DNA from: Coniocarpon cinnabarinum
Lineage: Eukaryota
Direction of reading: 5' to 3'
DNA length: 64,000 bases
Assembly (NCBI GenBank): GCA_051942205.1
Contig: JAVECO010000026.1
Span: forward strand, 62,001 to 126,000
A program made the translations under genes and the position numbers. Under the pieces are notes generated by a model, which saw only the letters and a program-made list of their open reading frames with translations, did not search any database and had not been told where the DNA came from. Shown here piece after piece: positions 20,452-33,167 of the stretch. Numbering within the stretch: position 1 is the stretch's first letter; every line of letters begins with the position of its first letter.

Positions 20452-22636
20452 ATGGAAAGGCAGAAGCAAGCCCAGTCATCTGTTCCGCTCCTTGCACCGG
20501 CCATCCACAGACTTGCAAGTGACTTTGCGCCAACAAATCCTTTCAAAAGCAAGGAATCACTTTGGGTAGCCGTGCTCAACCACAACGTCAGTACGATAAA
20601 CGACATCAAAGATGGCAAAGCATTTCTTTGGATCAAAGCCAACCCGGTGAGTTTGTCTCTGAGCTCTTCACGTGCACTGAAACTGACCCTAGTTCTAGCT
20701 CATCACCGTCCGAACCGTCAAATTCAAGTACTTCGAGCGCTTCCCGCTTGACGAGGTGGTATTACAGCACGGGTGGAAAATCTTACCGGATAACACACCC
20801 GTAGGCTCTCTCAGAGGCGAATTCAGGACGGCTAATCTCGTCGCATTTCGCGCTCTTGTACGCGATGATATCACCGACAAGCACCTTCTTGCGGATATCA
20901 AACAAAATGAGGAAAACGATCACCCAAGGCGCCATGGTGACACTGAGGACGACCCGTTCGATTTGTGCGATGATGACGACCAGGAGGAGGAGAACCAACG
21001 TGCATCTGAAGAAGAACAACAGGTGGAAGTCATGGAGCAATGCCGGGAACCGGATGCTCCTGTCTACCTAGCGTCTGATCGTGACTCCAGAGCGGAAGAA
21101 CCAGATGACAACCGTTGCGAGAGCTCGCCAGAGCTTCTTGTGCCAGCTCAGTGTCCTACCATGAACACTCCACATTATCAACAATTGCCCGGTGAGCAGA
21201 CTTTCCACACGGAAATCGTGCCTGAGTTGACGCAAAGCCGTGCGCTGTACGCTCCTCATGACAGTCACACATCACCATCATACGACCATTCTACCAAAGA
21301 ACAGGAAACGGGACTGTGCGGCGAATGCAATGATTACTTTCCCGTCAATCAAAGTGACATGCTCAATGATTCTCTGCAACCCATCTGCTCAACTTGCAGT
21401 CAACGCTGGAATGAAGAGGCTTTCGACTTGCCACCTCCAGATGGCACAGCTTGCATAGAGCGCAGCGAGCACAAATCTCAGGATCATGCTCCTACTTTTC
21501 AAGCGGATGGCACTGATTGCTCTGCACACATGATGGAAATTGAAGGGCACGGAGCAGCTGATCCTGACGACGTGATGGGAGGGTCTGAAGCCTCTTTTCA
21601 CACTGCTGAAGGAAGCGATCAAGACCCGACTGGTACCTCTGGCTATGTCGATCCAGAGAATCCTGTTAGAGCATCGCCTAACTTTGATTGTGGATCTGAG
21701 TTGCTATTGCAAGGAGATCCAGAACCTCAACATGACACGACTACTCAACATTCGACCACGGAACCCAGCCAACAAGCTTTGCCTCGAGATTTGGAGCCGC
21801 AAGACAGTGAAGCACATGACATATCTACGCACGCAACCGCAGAAGTGCCTCGCTTCGGGGCTATCAGTGCAATCGAAGGAACAACTCAACATGTACCGCA
21901 ATATATGGCTTGGGACGCGCAACCCAACGCTGCACCGGCTGAGTATACCCCGTTCGTTGCATCGCCGACGCCATCTCTTCTGAATCTACCTAGCGAAGAT
22001 CATCCAATGCAAGAACAGGACGAGACGAACGCGCAGAGCGATGCAAGCGACAGTCTCACGCTGGTGCCGCATGATGACAATGAACAAGCCACAGTGGACC
22101 CGTCGCAGCTTTCCACGCCTCAAGCAGATGAGCCAGCCGTTCTCGCTATTCAAATCAGTCCCTCGCGGACAATAGACGGCAAAAAGTCTCAAATTACCAT
22201 CTTCCGAGAAGCTCATCCCGGCAAAATGCTGTCCAATATCTCGAGGACGGCTGCACACGACGGCATAGCATACGACACCAACCCGCAGGCGCACGCTGTC
22301 ATTGCCATGAGTCCTAAGACAAGCAAGGCCTCTAAGGTTGTCAAACTCTCATACCCTACACCAGCTGCTAAAGCTACCAAACCCTTGAACTCGTCAAACA
22401 TCAAGCGAACTTCATCGCCCGTCATCCAGAGGTCATCGAGAGCCACTCGCGCCGCCACCAACTCTTCGAAGTTGACTTTCTATGCCCAGGAGGACGCTGC
22501 AGTTGAGGAAGAGGAATCAGTCGTCAAGCACGAGGCCGATGAAGACAGCGTCATGCAGGACGAGGAGGAGAACGGAAGTGACCAGGGATATGAGCAAGAT
22601 GATGATGTTGACGAGGACATGGACGATGAGTACTAG
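20452..22636 (+). CDS. Hypothetical acidic protein with possible ubiquitin-like N-terminal segment and a CxxC...CxxC motif
   Basis: Exon 1 (20452-20646), intron (GTGAGT, CTGAC, TAG at ~20698), then a long exon to 22636. Contains CGEC...CSTC and an acidic C-terminus. Confidence 0.65.
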
Positions 22637-23671
22637 AGGTTGGATGTTGTTGGCCACAAACTTGCTACTTCTTCTGGATAGCAATACATATCCTCATATA
22701 CGTCCACACATTTCTTGGGACTTCTCCTCCCCCGCCATCATCGGCGGGCGGCTCGTGTCCCCCCAGCGTAATTTTTAGACATGTATTGATTCTGGGCTGT
22801 GCAGACCCGACTTCCCAATGCATGAAGCATGGACTTCCTCCTTGCTAGCTTTCTGCAGCGTGAAGCGCTGTTGAATAGTAGCATGAAATGCCAGGGAAAC
22901 TGCTCACTGCTGCTCGCTTTACGAACTCCTCTTGAACGGGACGAGAGTCTGACAGCGTAGACCGCTTTTCTAAGTCACATTATAAAAGGCCTATGAACAT
23001 GCCCGCCATGCCTTTCGATGAGCACAATGTGTCTCGAGGACAGAGCAAGTCTGCTTGCGACCTGAGCGCACGAGTATTGGGCGTACTGTCTAGCAACGAA
23101 AAATATGACGGTCGGTGTTATCGTCGTTCATGAAACGGGTGTTTGGTGACACTGAAAATTGTCCAGGGTTTAATCCGGGAAAAAGGTGGTTATTCCTCTT
23201 CAGATGACCCGATAGAAACGCAAAGGACCTTTGCATCTTCAGAAAATGAGATGTCTTGCCTGCAGAAGTGCTCAAGCTAATCAGTGGCAGCACAGTTGTC
23301 AGCATATTTATGTTCAAGTAGTATTGTCGAAAGTTGTCCAGATCGACATCGCCTATTCTTCTAAGCTATGGGTAAAGGTGTCGCAGAGCGCCGCTAGCTG
23401 GCCTTGACGACAGTGAAGCAGTCTTCCCAATATGTGATTGGTGGACTACAGCAAGACGGCGATTCCGGTTATCAATGTCATTCACCGACATATCGCCACC
23501 TGCTATCTACTGTCTCACGGCCTTGCGGTCTCGGATGACATCCCTTTTCGCCTCACAATGCCAAGGCTTCCAGTCTAGGCAACACTAATACCGCACACGT
23601 TCTAAATCATATCAACATCTGCTTAGGACTCATCATTCGCTCGTTCATGGCCCTTGCCAATCGAAGAAATC

Positions 23672-24805
23672 ATGCACACAACGTCACATTCTCCCTTTCC
23701 AGCGCCCTCATCCCTGCTTCTCCCCACACCCAAAGACCTATTAACAACCCACCCCTCTCCGACATCAGGCTACGGCCTCTTCGCCGCAGACGATCTCCCA
23801 GCTTATACCCAAATCCTTGCGGAGCATCCACTCATTTCCATGAGTCCAGGCGAGGACCTCCCCCACCTCTACACCCGCTTCAAAGCCCTCACCACCTCCG
23901 AACAACGCAATTACCTCTCTTTATCGCGCCGCGAGGATGCTGAAAAAGACCATGTCATGCGTCAGAAGCTAAGCGCGCGGGGCCACTCTGATGCTGAAAT
24001 CGCGGAGATGCTTGACGTGGCGGGGATCTTCCAAAGTAATGCGTTTAACTTTTCGGGACCGGGTGCCGAGGATGGTGATGTAGTTGGGCGAGGGGTGTTT
24101 TCGAGGGTGGCGAGGGTTAATCATTCGTGTGCGCCGAACGCGCATGTGTGTTACTATCCGCCTGCTCATCGTGCACCGCTCAGCTTGGGTAGTCAGGCGT
24201 CAGTGTCTTCCGCTGCAGGAGGTCGGGAAGGACTGGGCATGATGGTGTTGCATACGACGCGCTCCATAGCACGCGGTGAGGAAATCACGATTAGCTATTT
24301 TAATCTTTTGCTTCCGCGCCGTGATCGTCAGGCGAGGGCCCGAGACTGGGGGTTCAACTGCGCATGTGCAGTGTGCTCATCAGCAGCCGATGGAGACGCC
24401 GAGGCGTTGAGAGATGAAGTCCGAGATTGGATCCGGCAGCAATATCGCACCATTTCTAATCCTTCAACGTCAGTGGATCAGCTGCGTGGTGTGCTGTCTG
24501 ATGGCGAAGCATTGGTACACAAAGTAGAACAGGACGAGGGGCTTGTGCCTGCGTTACCGCTGTTGCATGAACGACTGGCAAAATCGCATCAACTGTTAAC
24601 ACAAAAGAACGGTGACCATCAAGAATGTGAGGGTCATGACTGCGAAACTGTTGCTTGGAAGGAGCGAGCGGTACTGGCTGAGGCAAAGATTACTGGGCTT
24701 TATAGTCCTGCTACAGCAGGACGAGTGGCTTTTCTCCGGGAAAATCAGAAAGGTAAGGTGACTTTGAAGATGGCAGAAGATGGTCTGAAGGTATTGTGGG
24801 AGTGA
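23672..24805 (+). CDS. SET-domain lysine methyltransferase (Set5/SMYD-like)
   Basis: GYGLFA, ARVNHSCAPNA, GEEITISY, and post-SET WGFNCACAVC. Confidence 0.9.
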   Translation: MHTTSHSPFPAPSSLLLPTPKDLLTTHPSPTSGYGLFAADDLPAYTQILAEHPLISMSPGEDLPHLYTRFKALTTSEQRNYLSLSRREDAEKDHVMRQKLSARGHSDAEIAEMLDVAGIFQSNAFNFSGPGAEDGDVVGRGVFSRVARVNHSCAPNAHVCYYPPAHRAPLSLGSQASVSSAAGGREGLGMMVLHTTRSIARGEEITISYFNLLLPRRDRQARARDWGFNCACAVCSSAADGDAEALRDEVRDWIRQQYRTISNPSTSVDQLRGVLSDGEALVHKVEQDEGLVPALPLLHERLAKSHQLLTQKNGDHQECEGHDCETVAWKERAVLAEAKITGLYSPATAGRVAFLRENQKGKVTLKMAEDGLKVLWE

Positions 24806-26494
24806 GAAAATCATCATGAAACAGTCTCATTTTGCTAAGCAACAGCGTGGCCAAAGACAGCTGCAGAGGTATTGTCACGGCACCATCATTGATTGTCGAG
24901 GAAGGCTACGAGACTCTGCTTTTGACTTTCTGGGCTCGTCTTACAGCTTCTTGTTGGGCAAAGTTACCCCTTAGGTGTTTGCTATTAGTGAGAGACTGGA
25001 TACGAGAATGGGCCAGACCGGGGAAGCGCAACGACAACAGCAGGTACGAAGCTCGTGACGAGAGACAATCGTAGTAGTAGGAATTAGATCGCGACCTAAG
25101 CTGTTCTGAAGCAAGATTGGGCACTGATGAACGCAAAAGCAAGGCTGATTAAGTCTCGAAAGACCGAGAGAAAGGGGCCTTGTGGCAAGCTTAGGACATA
25201 AGCTCAATGGAAAGTCCATCGATGAGCATGGAAAGCAAGGTCAGACACACGTTTGGGACGACTTCTTTTCTCCTTCGCAGGACGAGCGGTCGGTGGCACA
25301 TCCTGAACCGATCACGGCTTGCCGCGCGGAAGCCCACAAGATCGTGACGGTCATACGGATGGATAAATCAGTACCTGGATACTTGCGTACCAGACGTTCG
25401 AGTCTTGCAGTATCTGTTACGAGGGGATACTCGTAGCTATGTCAAAAGGCATTTACACATTAGGAATCATTATGAGAGAGCTCCAGCAACAGTGATATAT
25501 ATAGAATCTCCGGTGCTAAGGTCGAAATTATCAGCACGAAGCAGTCTAAGAAGCCAGACAGATATGTGCGTCCTTCTCTAGGTTGAACGCAAGCTGACGG
25601 AGAAATCACCAAGTTTCATCGTAGCTATACACCATGAAATTTTGTTTATTCGGTATGACTCGATGCCGTTTTCTAAATTCGAGGGTTGCTTGGGATCAGA
25701 ATTACTGCAATAGATAAAACTTCTGGCTGGACATATTAAAGTCGCTACGTGGGACTCAATCGGCAGTGATGCGCTTCAGCTGCTTTGAATACAATATGCC
25801 GCTCATTGTCCGCTCCAACAGATCATGCAAGGGGGTGGTTCTTAGAGGTCAGACAATGACCTTATCGATTCGGTCCGTTCATAGACAGAGAGATGGGGAA
25901 CGAGAACTAATGTTGAATGATGTTATTTCCATCAAAGTCCCAGCAGAAGCCTCGACTCGCACCTCAACGAGGACAAAAAAAGGAATGAAGTCTGCTAAAG
26001 GGCAAATGCAGCCTACCTTCGAATACAGCATGCGTTTCACGTAAAGAACTTGAACTTGTAGATGAGTGTCGTGCAGACTTCGTATGTTTCAAAAAGCTCG
26101 ACGTTTGACTTTTCTTGCACTATCCTGCAGACCGCCATGAAGCTGAATGCAGCTGGTCTGCTAGGCAATCACTTATGTTCCCAGCTCTCTTCATACGCCT
26201 GCACACATTACGAGAGTTTTTTCCCATGTCGGAATGTCTCTCCAACTTGCGAGAACATCAAAAGAGAGACATCGCTGCTGAGACATTACGATTACAGTGT
26301 CTAGGCTGTCAAAACCTCGTCCCCGAAAATCCTCCAATCGTTGACAACCGTAAATATGAACACGTTGAAAAAGTGAAAAGGGGAGCTGGCGAAGAATAGG
26401 TGCCTTACCCGGGTATCTCCAAGTTCCTTCTAAACAGGATGTAATTGAATCAGATTGAAAGATAGTCGCTCATATCGTACCATGCGTCCCATCA

Positions 26495-28981
26495 TTAAAC
26501 AAAATCTTCCTGAAATCTCGATCCCCGGCTAGAATCGAAAGACGCCGGCGAGCGATTCAACGAGCGTGGACCGGAAGCAGGAGGAGGTGGTGTTACGCCT
26601 CGGCCTGGAACATTACTGCCGAAAGGAGGGGGCGGAGCTTGCAGATGGGCAAGGTGCGACGTCCTCGCGCTTTCGCCTTGATGCAGAGTAGGCGTTCGAG
26701 CCGGGCCCGGAAGAATGCGTTCGCGTTCGCTTGGACTGCTGGCTTCCTGTCTCGCTGCGGCTGCTGCGGCCGCACCACTTAGCGGTGTTGGACTTGGCGG
26801 GCTTGGATCCCTAAATGGGTCTTCCTGAACTGTGCCGGTACTAAGAAAGGTGCCCCCGGACGCGTAGTGAGAAGAGGGTTGTCGGGCCCCGGCCGCTGCG
26901 GCCGAGCTGGTCGTTGGCCCAACAGGACCCTCCATGCCAGGACTGAATTGCGAAGGGAGCTTGCGGCCCGACACGCGCTGAAATCCGCGTTCAGCAGGCG
27001 GTGGCGGAGGCTTGGGTCGACTGAGACGTCTCATGAAGCCACCGGCAGCAGCACCGGTGGGTACTGCACCAGGGACTGCTGCGGCGGCGTCAGGATTTTC
27101 TCGTGTTTCTGGACGTGACGACGCAGAAGTGTCACCAGCTCCAACGGCAGCCATCGCGGCATTTCTTCTCTTTTTGTACCAGCGTAAGAACAGTAGTGCT
27201 GCTAGCAGCAGGAGTGATAGTCCCGCAAGACCACCAACAACACCTCCCACAACCTTGGGGGTCGGCGCTCCACCTTCGCTTCCCCCACCATTGCTTTGAT
27301 CCTGTGTAGGGCTTCCAGCGGATGTGGTGCCAGCACCAGGAGCAGAAGTGCCAGAGCCGTAGCCAATTGGTCCCATGGACGAGAATGTTGCGCTCGCGGT
27401 ATTTGCTGAGCTTGGGACAGACGAACTAGATGACGACGAAGACCTCTCTGAGGACGATGACGCTGTTGGCGGTGACGAGGACGACGATGACGACGATGAG
27501 AAAAACGTAGCTGGTGTGGAGCTGCTTCCGGAAAAAGTACTTTGGGCAGATGTTGAAAATGCAAGCGATGTCAACGTTGGTGTGCTTGAGGTCATGAAAG
27601 TTGTCGTAGGTCGGGAAGAAGAAGTGGCGGGCACTGAAACAGCCGTAGAGGATGATGACGATGATGACTCTGAGGAGACAGGAACAGACATGCTATGCGG
27701 CGTGTAAGATGATGGCGTGAAACCAAAAGCAGACACAGGGCTGTTATTGGATGTCCTGGGCGTAGGTCGTGATAGAGGCGTCAAAGGCGTCGCAGGAGTT
27801 AGCACAGGTCCAGCGTTCGAAGTCGGTAGACCGCTACTTAGGCTTGATGTCTGGCTTGCGCTGGCTCTTGCGCTCGCTGCACTCGCTGCAGACGAAACCT
27901 CGGACAATAGTGCCGACGCCGCATTGCTGAAGGAGGAACTTGTCAAAGGAGTCGACGAGGAGGTGACGTTTGACGACGACTCGGAAGAAGTTATGAGAGG
28001 ACTGTAGACTGGGGGACCGGTCGGTTCTGTAGGTGTAACAGCACTGGTTCCTGTGGCAGTCGAAGTGTTCGGATTGTATGTAGGAGGCAACGGTGAAGAA
28101 GCTAGTTGTGGTGAGCCTGATGATGGCAGTGGTGGCAGAGGTGGTATTGGGGCAGATTGTAGTGGAGACGCTGGAGGAAGCGGGGGCGACGGTAGAGCGG
28201 AGAGCGATGGCGGCAGCGGTGGTGTAGGAGGTGACGGCGCGGACGGTAGTGGAGGTAAGGGAATCGCAGCCGTAGGCTGTGAAGGGATTGACGTGGCGAG
28301 GGCTGGAAGCGGTGGCACCGCGTCACCAATTGTCTTTACAGCCGGTGGAGTTAGTTCAATGGCGGGCTGAGGGCTCAAAGCCGGCGAAGACGGGGTACTG
28401 AGTACTGCTGTTGATTGTGGGGCATTGTCGTCAGGCTGTGAAGATACCCCTGGTGGCTGTTGAGGGTCGGTGGCAGGTGTTGAAGGAGCTGCGGAATCGG
28501 TCGGCGGGGAGGAAATTGAGGGAATGACCTGTGCAGCACCATCGGATGTTTGTTGAGGCAAGGTTGGAGCGGCAGCAGTGGCGGAATCAACAGCAGTTGG
28601 CACCGCAGCGGGCAAGCTGGCTTGACCAGGTGGAGTGATTCCCACTGCGGCAAGATTTGAAGCGTCTGATGGGCTCCCATTGTCTGTGTCGGTAGTGGCG
28701 TCTGGGGTTAGCTGTCGAAGTTCCAACTGCGGCGAGAGTTGGTCAAGGGGATGTAAGCTTGTGGTGATGTGTCGCGAGTGTCGCTTCATATGCTCTGTGC
28801 GTCGTCTTCGAGGATGCTCAAACATTTCAGCGGGTCCAACGTCACGCTCATGGAGACTGTGAGGTTGTGGAGGGTGCACCGCAAGACCGTAATCCGAGGC
28901 ACTCTGGCGGTTGACTTCATCTTGCGCAATCTCTTGCCGAGTCATCAATCTCGGGCGTTTTCGAGGTTGATCCATTGCCAT
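26495..28981 (-). CDS. Pro/Ser/Thr-rich single-pass membrane protein (Mid2/mucin-like architecture)
   Basis: A long P-rich then S/T-rich region, TM VVGGVVGGLAGLSLLLLAALLFL followed by RWYKKRR, cytoplasmic ERGFQRVSGRKLP, and end SRFQEDFV. Confidence 0.8.
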   Translation of the reverse strand: MAMDQPRKRPRLMTRQEIAQDEVNRQSASDYGLAVHPPQPHSLHERDVGPAEMFEHPRRRRTEHMKRHSRHITTSLHPLDQLSPQLELRQLTPDATTDTDNGSPSDASNLAAVGITPPGQASLPAAVPTAVDSATAAAPTLPQQTSDGAAQVIPSISSPPTDSAAPSTPATDPQQPPGVSSQPDDNAPQSTAVLSTPSSPALSPQPAIELTPPAVKTIGDAVPPLPALATSIPSQPTAAIPLPPLPSAPSPPTPPLPPSLSALPSPPLPPASPLQSAPIPPLPPLPSSGSPQLASSPLPPTYNPNTSTATGTSAVTPTEPTGPPVYSPLITSSESSSNVTSSSTPLTSSSFSNAASALLSEVSSAASAASARASASQTSSLSSGLPTSNAGPVLTPATPLTPLSRPTPRTSNNSPVSAFGFTPSSYTPHSMSVPVSSESSSSSSSTAVSVPATSSSRPTTTFMTSSTPTLTSLAFSTSAQSTFSGSSSTPATFFSSSSSSSSSPPTASSSSERSSSSSSSSVPSSANTASATFSSMGPIGYGSGTSAPGAGTTSAGSPTQDQSNGGGSEGGAPTPKVVGGVVGGLAGLSLLLLAALLFLRWYKKRRNAAMAAVGAGDTSASSRPETRENPDAAAAVPGAVPTGAAAGGFMRRLSRPKPPPPPAERGFQRVSGRKLPSQFSPGMEGPVGPTTSSAAAAGARQPSSHYASGGTFLSTGTVQEDPFRDPSPPSPTPLSGAAAAAAARQEASSPSERERILPGPARTPTLHQGESARTSHLAHLQAPPPPFGSNVPGRGVTPPPPASGPRSLNRSPASFDSSRGSRFQEDFV

Positions 28982-30740
28982 ACATGGAGGGTGCGCGTGA
29001 CGAGGTTGGAAAGCGAGTATATGAGTTGGTCGCACAGAAATGTGGTAGAAGTAAAAGGCAGCGACCAAGACGAATTAGCTATTAAGGAGAGTGTTGTCAA
29101 TTAGTCTGGATGATGAGAGAGTTGAGTCCAAGGAGTGTCAGAGGCCCTGTAGAAGATGCCGCAAAAGTAGAGGTAAAGACTGGATCCGAAGCTGCGAACG
29201 AGTGGACGCCAGCAGAGGATGCCAGCAATTAGGAGAATTCTGTGTGAGAGAAGATGTGAGATTGCAGTCCGAACGCGGATTATCCAAGATGGTGCAATGA
29301 ACCTTTTGAGCAATTAAATAGTCATTGAAGTACGAGGACGACGGCCCGTCAATGCAGGAATGTCGCCAGACGGGGATAATGGATGCAGCACGAAAGAGCT
29401 ATCCTGGTGAGCTAGTCACTTGAGAGGCGAGAGGAAAGACGAGAAGCGTCGTCGCGAGCGCAGACGGGGGCGACGGGGAAGTAGAGAGAGGCGACAGCGA
29501 CGACGACGACGCGGAGGAGGAGGCGTGTGGAAGAGAGAAAGGAAGGGAGAAGCGTGTGTGTAGGTAATGGTGGTGGAGGACAGGAGAGCGCACGCCTGTG
29601 CTGTTACATTTGCTGGCTGCAGCGCACGGGCCACGCCAGGGAAATTAAGAGCTAGTCCCCATCCAGCTCGCCTTTCTCTGTCACATAAAGCCTTCCTCCT
29701 TTTCCCTCCACACGCCCCCATGGCCTCTCGTATTTCTCTGGCCTGCACGCGCCTCGACTCTGAACGCTCATCAACAGTTCCCCGCCGATGCTCGGGTTTT
29801 TAAGCCAACTTGCATTGCATGCTCGCCTTCGACGCAGACTGCGAAGCATAGCAGGCTGTCCCCGTCCACACGAAAAAGAAAGGGGACCTGGGGAGACTCC
29901 TATGCGGTACTGGTAATTATTGCTGGAGCAAGGGGGGGATCTTACAAGGTTGCTCTCTCGAGCACGGGATTGCTCACGGTGCACCCGCAGTGCCGCTGGC
30001 TGGCCGGACCGTCGACTGCGGTTCGGATCATTTATTATGCTTTCTTGCTTCCAGATCTTGATCGCCCTTGCAGCTGTCACTTTCTCCCTGACGAATCACC
30101 GTTGCGGCTGACGTTCAGCGTTTTGAGCCGCACCGGCAACTCTTGAATGTTTCACCACGCCCCATACCCTAGCTTGAAAGCTTTAAGATGCCGCATGCAG
30201 ACGCCGCGCTTTTTATGACCGAGCCCACAATAAATTTTGTCTGACGAGAGTTGAGAGCTTCTCGGTGTCGCACTTATGCCCATCGCTATGTCTTCTCAAA
30301 TGTCGAATGACACTACGCCATTCGTTAAGCAATACCGAATGCCTGTATTTTCTGCGTTCAGGCGCAGGAAACGTCGTGGCTAGGTCTTCTTGCTTTGTTG
30401 CCATAGGCAAGGGCAAACCAGGGCCATAAGGCCAGGCGAAAATAGAGGCCACGGTGATAATCTACGAATGTGTGCATGATGTCCAATGAAGTTGTCTCCT
30501 AGCATCTTAAGAGTCAGTGAGAACTGCAAATAGTGTTGTACGAACCAGCTAGAAATTCGTTGATGCACCTGATCTTGCAAAGCACATGCTGTGATGCTGT
30601 TGGCAGGGTTCGCAAATCTTGTGTCGACTTGCCACCCATCCGGACTGGCTTGCACGACACTCAGCTAGCCGTGTCGGAGAATGATCGCGCTCAATGCGCA
30701 AGTTTTGGATTGCCTTAATTCCGAACCAATCTAAGACTTG

Positions 30741-32543
30741 ATGCAAAGTCACGAGAAGGCAGTCGAGCGGATCGCCGTGTCCGTTAAAGATTTCAACGCG
30801 CGCAATGAGCCTTTCAGAATATTCCATGGCTCTACAAATAGCACGCGTCAGGGTCTTCAAGACCGTACCAATGTAGTTGACATCAGTGAGCTTTGCAGGA
30901 TCATTAGTATCGATGCAGAGTCAAGGTTGGCCTTGGTAGAGCCTAATGTTCCTATGGATCGACTAATAGAAACAACGCTTAAGCATGAGCTTGTTCCTCC
31001 GGTAGTGATGGAATTTCCTGGAATCACCGTCGGTGGCGGCTATGCTGGAACAGGGGGTGAAAGCAGCTCTTTTAAATATGGCTTCTTCAATGAAACCGTA
31101 AACAGGGCGGAGTTCATACTTGGCAATGGCGATATTGTTCTTGCAACAGCTAATGACTATGCTGATCTCCTTCACGGTGCTTCGGGCGCTGTTGGTAGTC
31201 TGGGCATAACCACGATGTTAGAGGTACAGCTGATCGCGGCAAAAGTGAGTTGTCGGCGCCTACAAACCTATCTGAGCCCTTATCTGAACGCTGGTTTTAA
31301 CATTTACCCACGAGACACGACAGTCAAATTACTGAACAGCAATCAGCCTTGCATGCAATTTTTCAAAGGGTTGCATTGGCCGCTGTGTGCTTTTGTGGCG
31401 GTCAAACCACTCAATGCTATTTAAAAAGCGCCTTGGCCATTTGCTAACACCCTTGACCGTAGGAATTTGTGAAAACAACGTACTATCCCGTCCGATCAGT
31501 TAAAGAGGCAATAGAGAAGCTAGAGGCAGCTAGTTCTAATCATTCGCTTGATTACCTTGACGGCATTCTCTTTCGTCCAGACTATGGGGCAATCGTCACT
31601 GGTGAGATGACCAACGGCTGTCCAGCAGGCGTTCATATACAGACCTTCAGCCACCCGAGTGACCCTTGGTACTACCTGCATGTTAGAGAAAGCTGTTCAC
31701 GCGCAGAGGCCCCTGTCACGGACTACATACCCTTGGCAGAATATTTGTTTCGATATGACCGAGGAGGCTTCTGTACGTTATTTAAAGGGTGCATGTGGCT
31801 CCATCCATTGACCACGACATCCAGGGGTTGGCGAGTCTGCCTTTGAGTATTTCAAGTTTCCCTTCACGCGTTTTACACGTTGGTGGCTTGACGATTTCCT
31901 ACATACGCGCATGCTGTATGAGGCTCTACATGGAAGCAACCAGTCGAGAGACTACGTCGTTCAAGATGTAGCGATGCCCTTCTTCAAAGCAGTCGAATTC
32001 ATCGACTACACAACAAATACTTTCGACATCTGGCCACTGTGGCTTTGTCCTTTGCGACAAGCCAGAACACCGACATTTCATCCCCATGCATTAGCGAGGA
32101 CTGGCGACGGCAAGGTACCTTATTTATTATTGAATGTAGGTCTTTGGGGATTTGGGCCGAAAAATCATGATACGTTCATTGCCCAAAATCTCGAGCTTGA
32201 AAGGAAGTTGCCTGACTTCGGCGCAATGAAATGGCTCTACGCCCACACCTACTACACTCAAGATGAGTTCTGGAAGATTTACGACAAGTCGTGGTATGAT
32301 AACTTGAGGGAAAAGTACCACTCCAATTCATTACCGAACGTATGGCAAAAAGTTACGATCGATCCACAGGTCCAGCAGATGGCGTTGCAAACCTCCTGGT
32401 CAAGTTGGCTTCTCCAGCTCTGGCCCTTGGGCGGACTTTGGGGACTCGTGAAAGCTATCCAAAGCCAGCAGTACCAGCTGGCTAGGAGGTCTCAGTGGCG
32501 GTATAGAAGAGGCTCAGGTCGGCCTGAAACAAAAGACGAATGA
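30741..32543 (+). CDS. FAD-binding oxidoreductase, delta(24)-sterol reductase (DHCR24)-like; 3 exons
   Basis: ALVEPNVPMD, PPVVMEFPGITVGGGYAGTGGESSSFKYG, YLFRYDRGGF|W, VVQDV, IWPLWLCP and KWLYAHTYY. Introns at about 31245-31462 and 31773-31823. Confidence 0.88.
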
Positions 32544-33167
32544 TGCTTCATGCAACAGGTACCTTGCAGTATCGTGCGTAATGTAAATTTTAACATTGTC
32601 CATATGCGGTTGCAATCAGCAGCATATGGAATCCTGAGAAAGGAGGTATCTAGTCGAGAGCTGCTTGCCGGCTAACGGTTATTAAGTGTATGTAAATGGT
32701 TGTAAGCTGATGATGTACTAAGGTCTCCAGGATGGCGAGTTACTTCCTTGAGGAGCCTGGCGCGTAATTTGGCATAGGTTAGCTCTGCCGCACACATATT
32801 GTGTACTTTCAGAGGACTGATTATCGCTGATTTGGGCATCATTGGGAAGAAGAGGCGGAAGAGGGAGTGGTGAGGCCGGCCTCGGGTGGCGGCATGTGGG
32901 ACGTGAGGAAACTCCGGTGCCTGTTTCCAATGACCTCCATTGACTTTGAGCGTCACTCGCGCCGATCCTTTAAGCTTCATCGTCATCTCACGCAGAATAG
33001 CTGCTATTAGGAAGTGCTTCGCCTGAATGTTTCGCGCCTGCCTCTCATACCCATAATTGCTACAGTGCGCAATTCTCGACCTCGACCATCCTCATCCTTG
33101 CAATTACAAACCACTACAGATGTGTGCTACGCTCCTAGAGAATCCTCTACCGCGCCTGCAATGATCC

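Noticed and set aside
19519..20642. Minus-strand ORFs between SEN15 and the acidic protein
   Set aside because: No recognisable motifs, overlap with a better-supported plus-strand exon, and no coherent gene model.
22900..23500. Protein-like fragments on the minus strand
   Set aside because: Short frames interrupted by stops with no identifiable family; possibly a decayed gene.
24900..26400. Possible degraded gene or transposon relic on the minus strand
   Set aside because: Many stops, and I could identify no terminal repeats or transposase/RT motifs.
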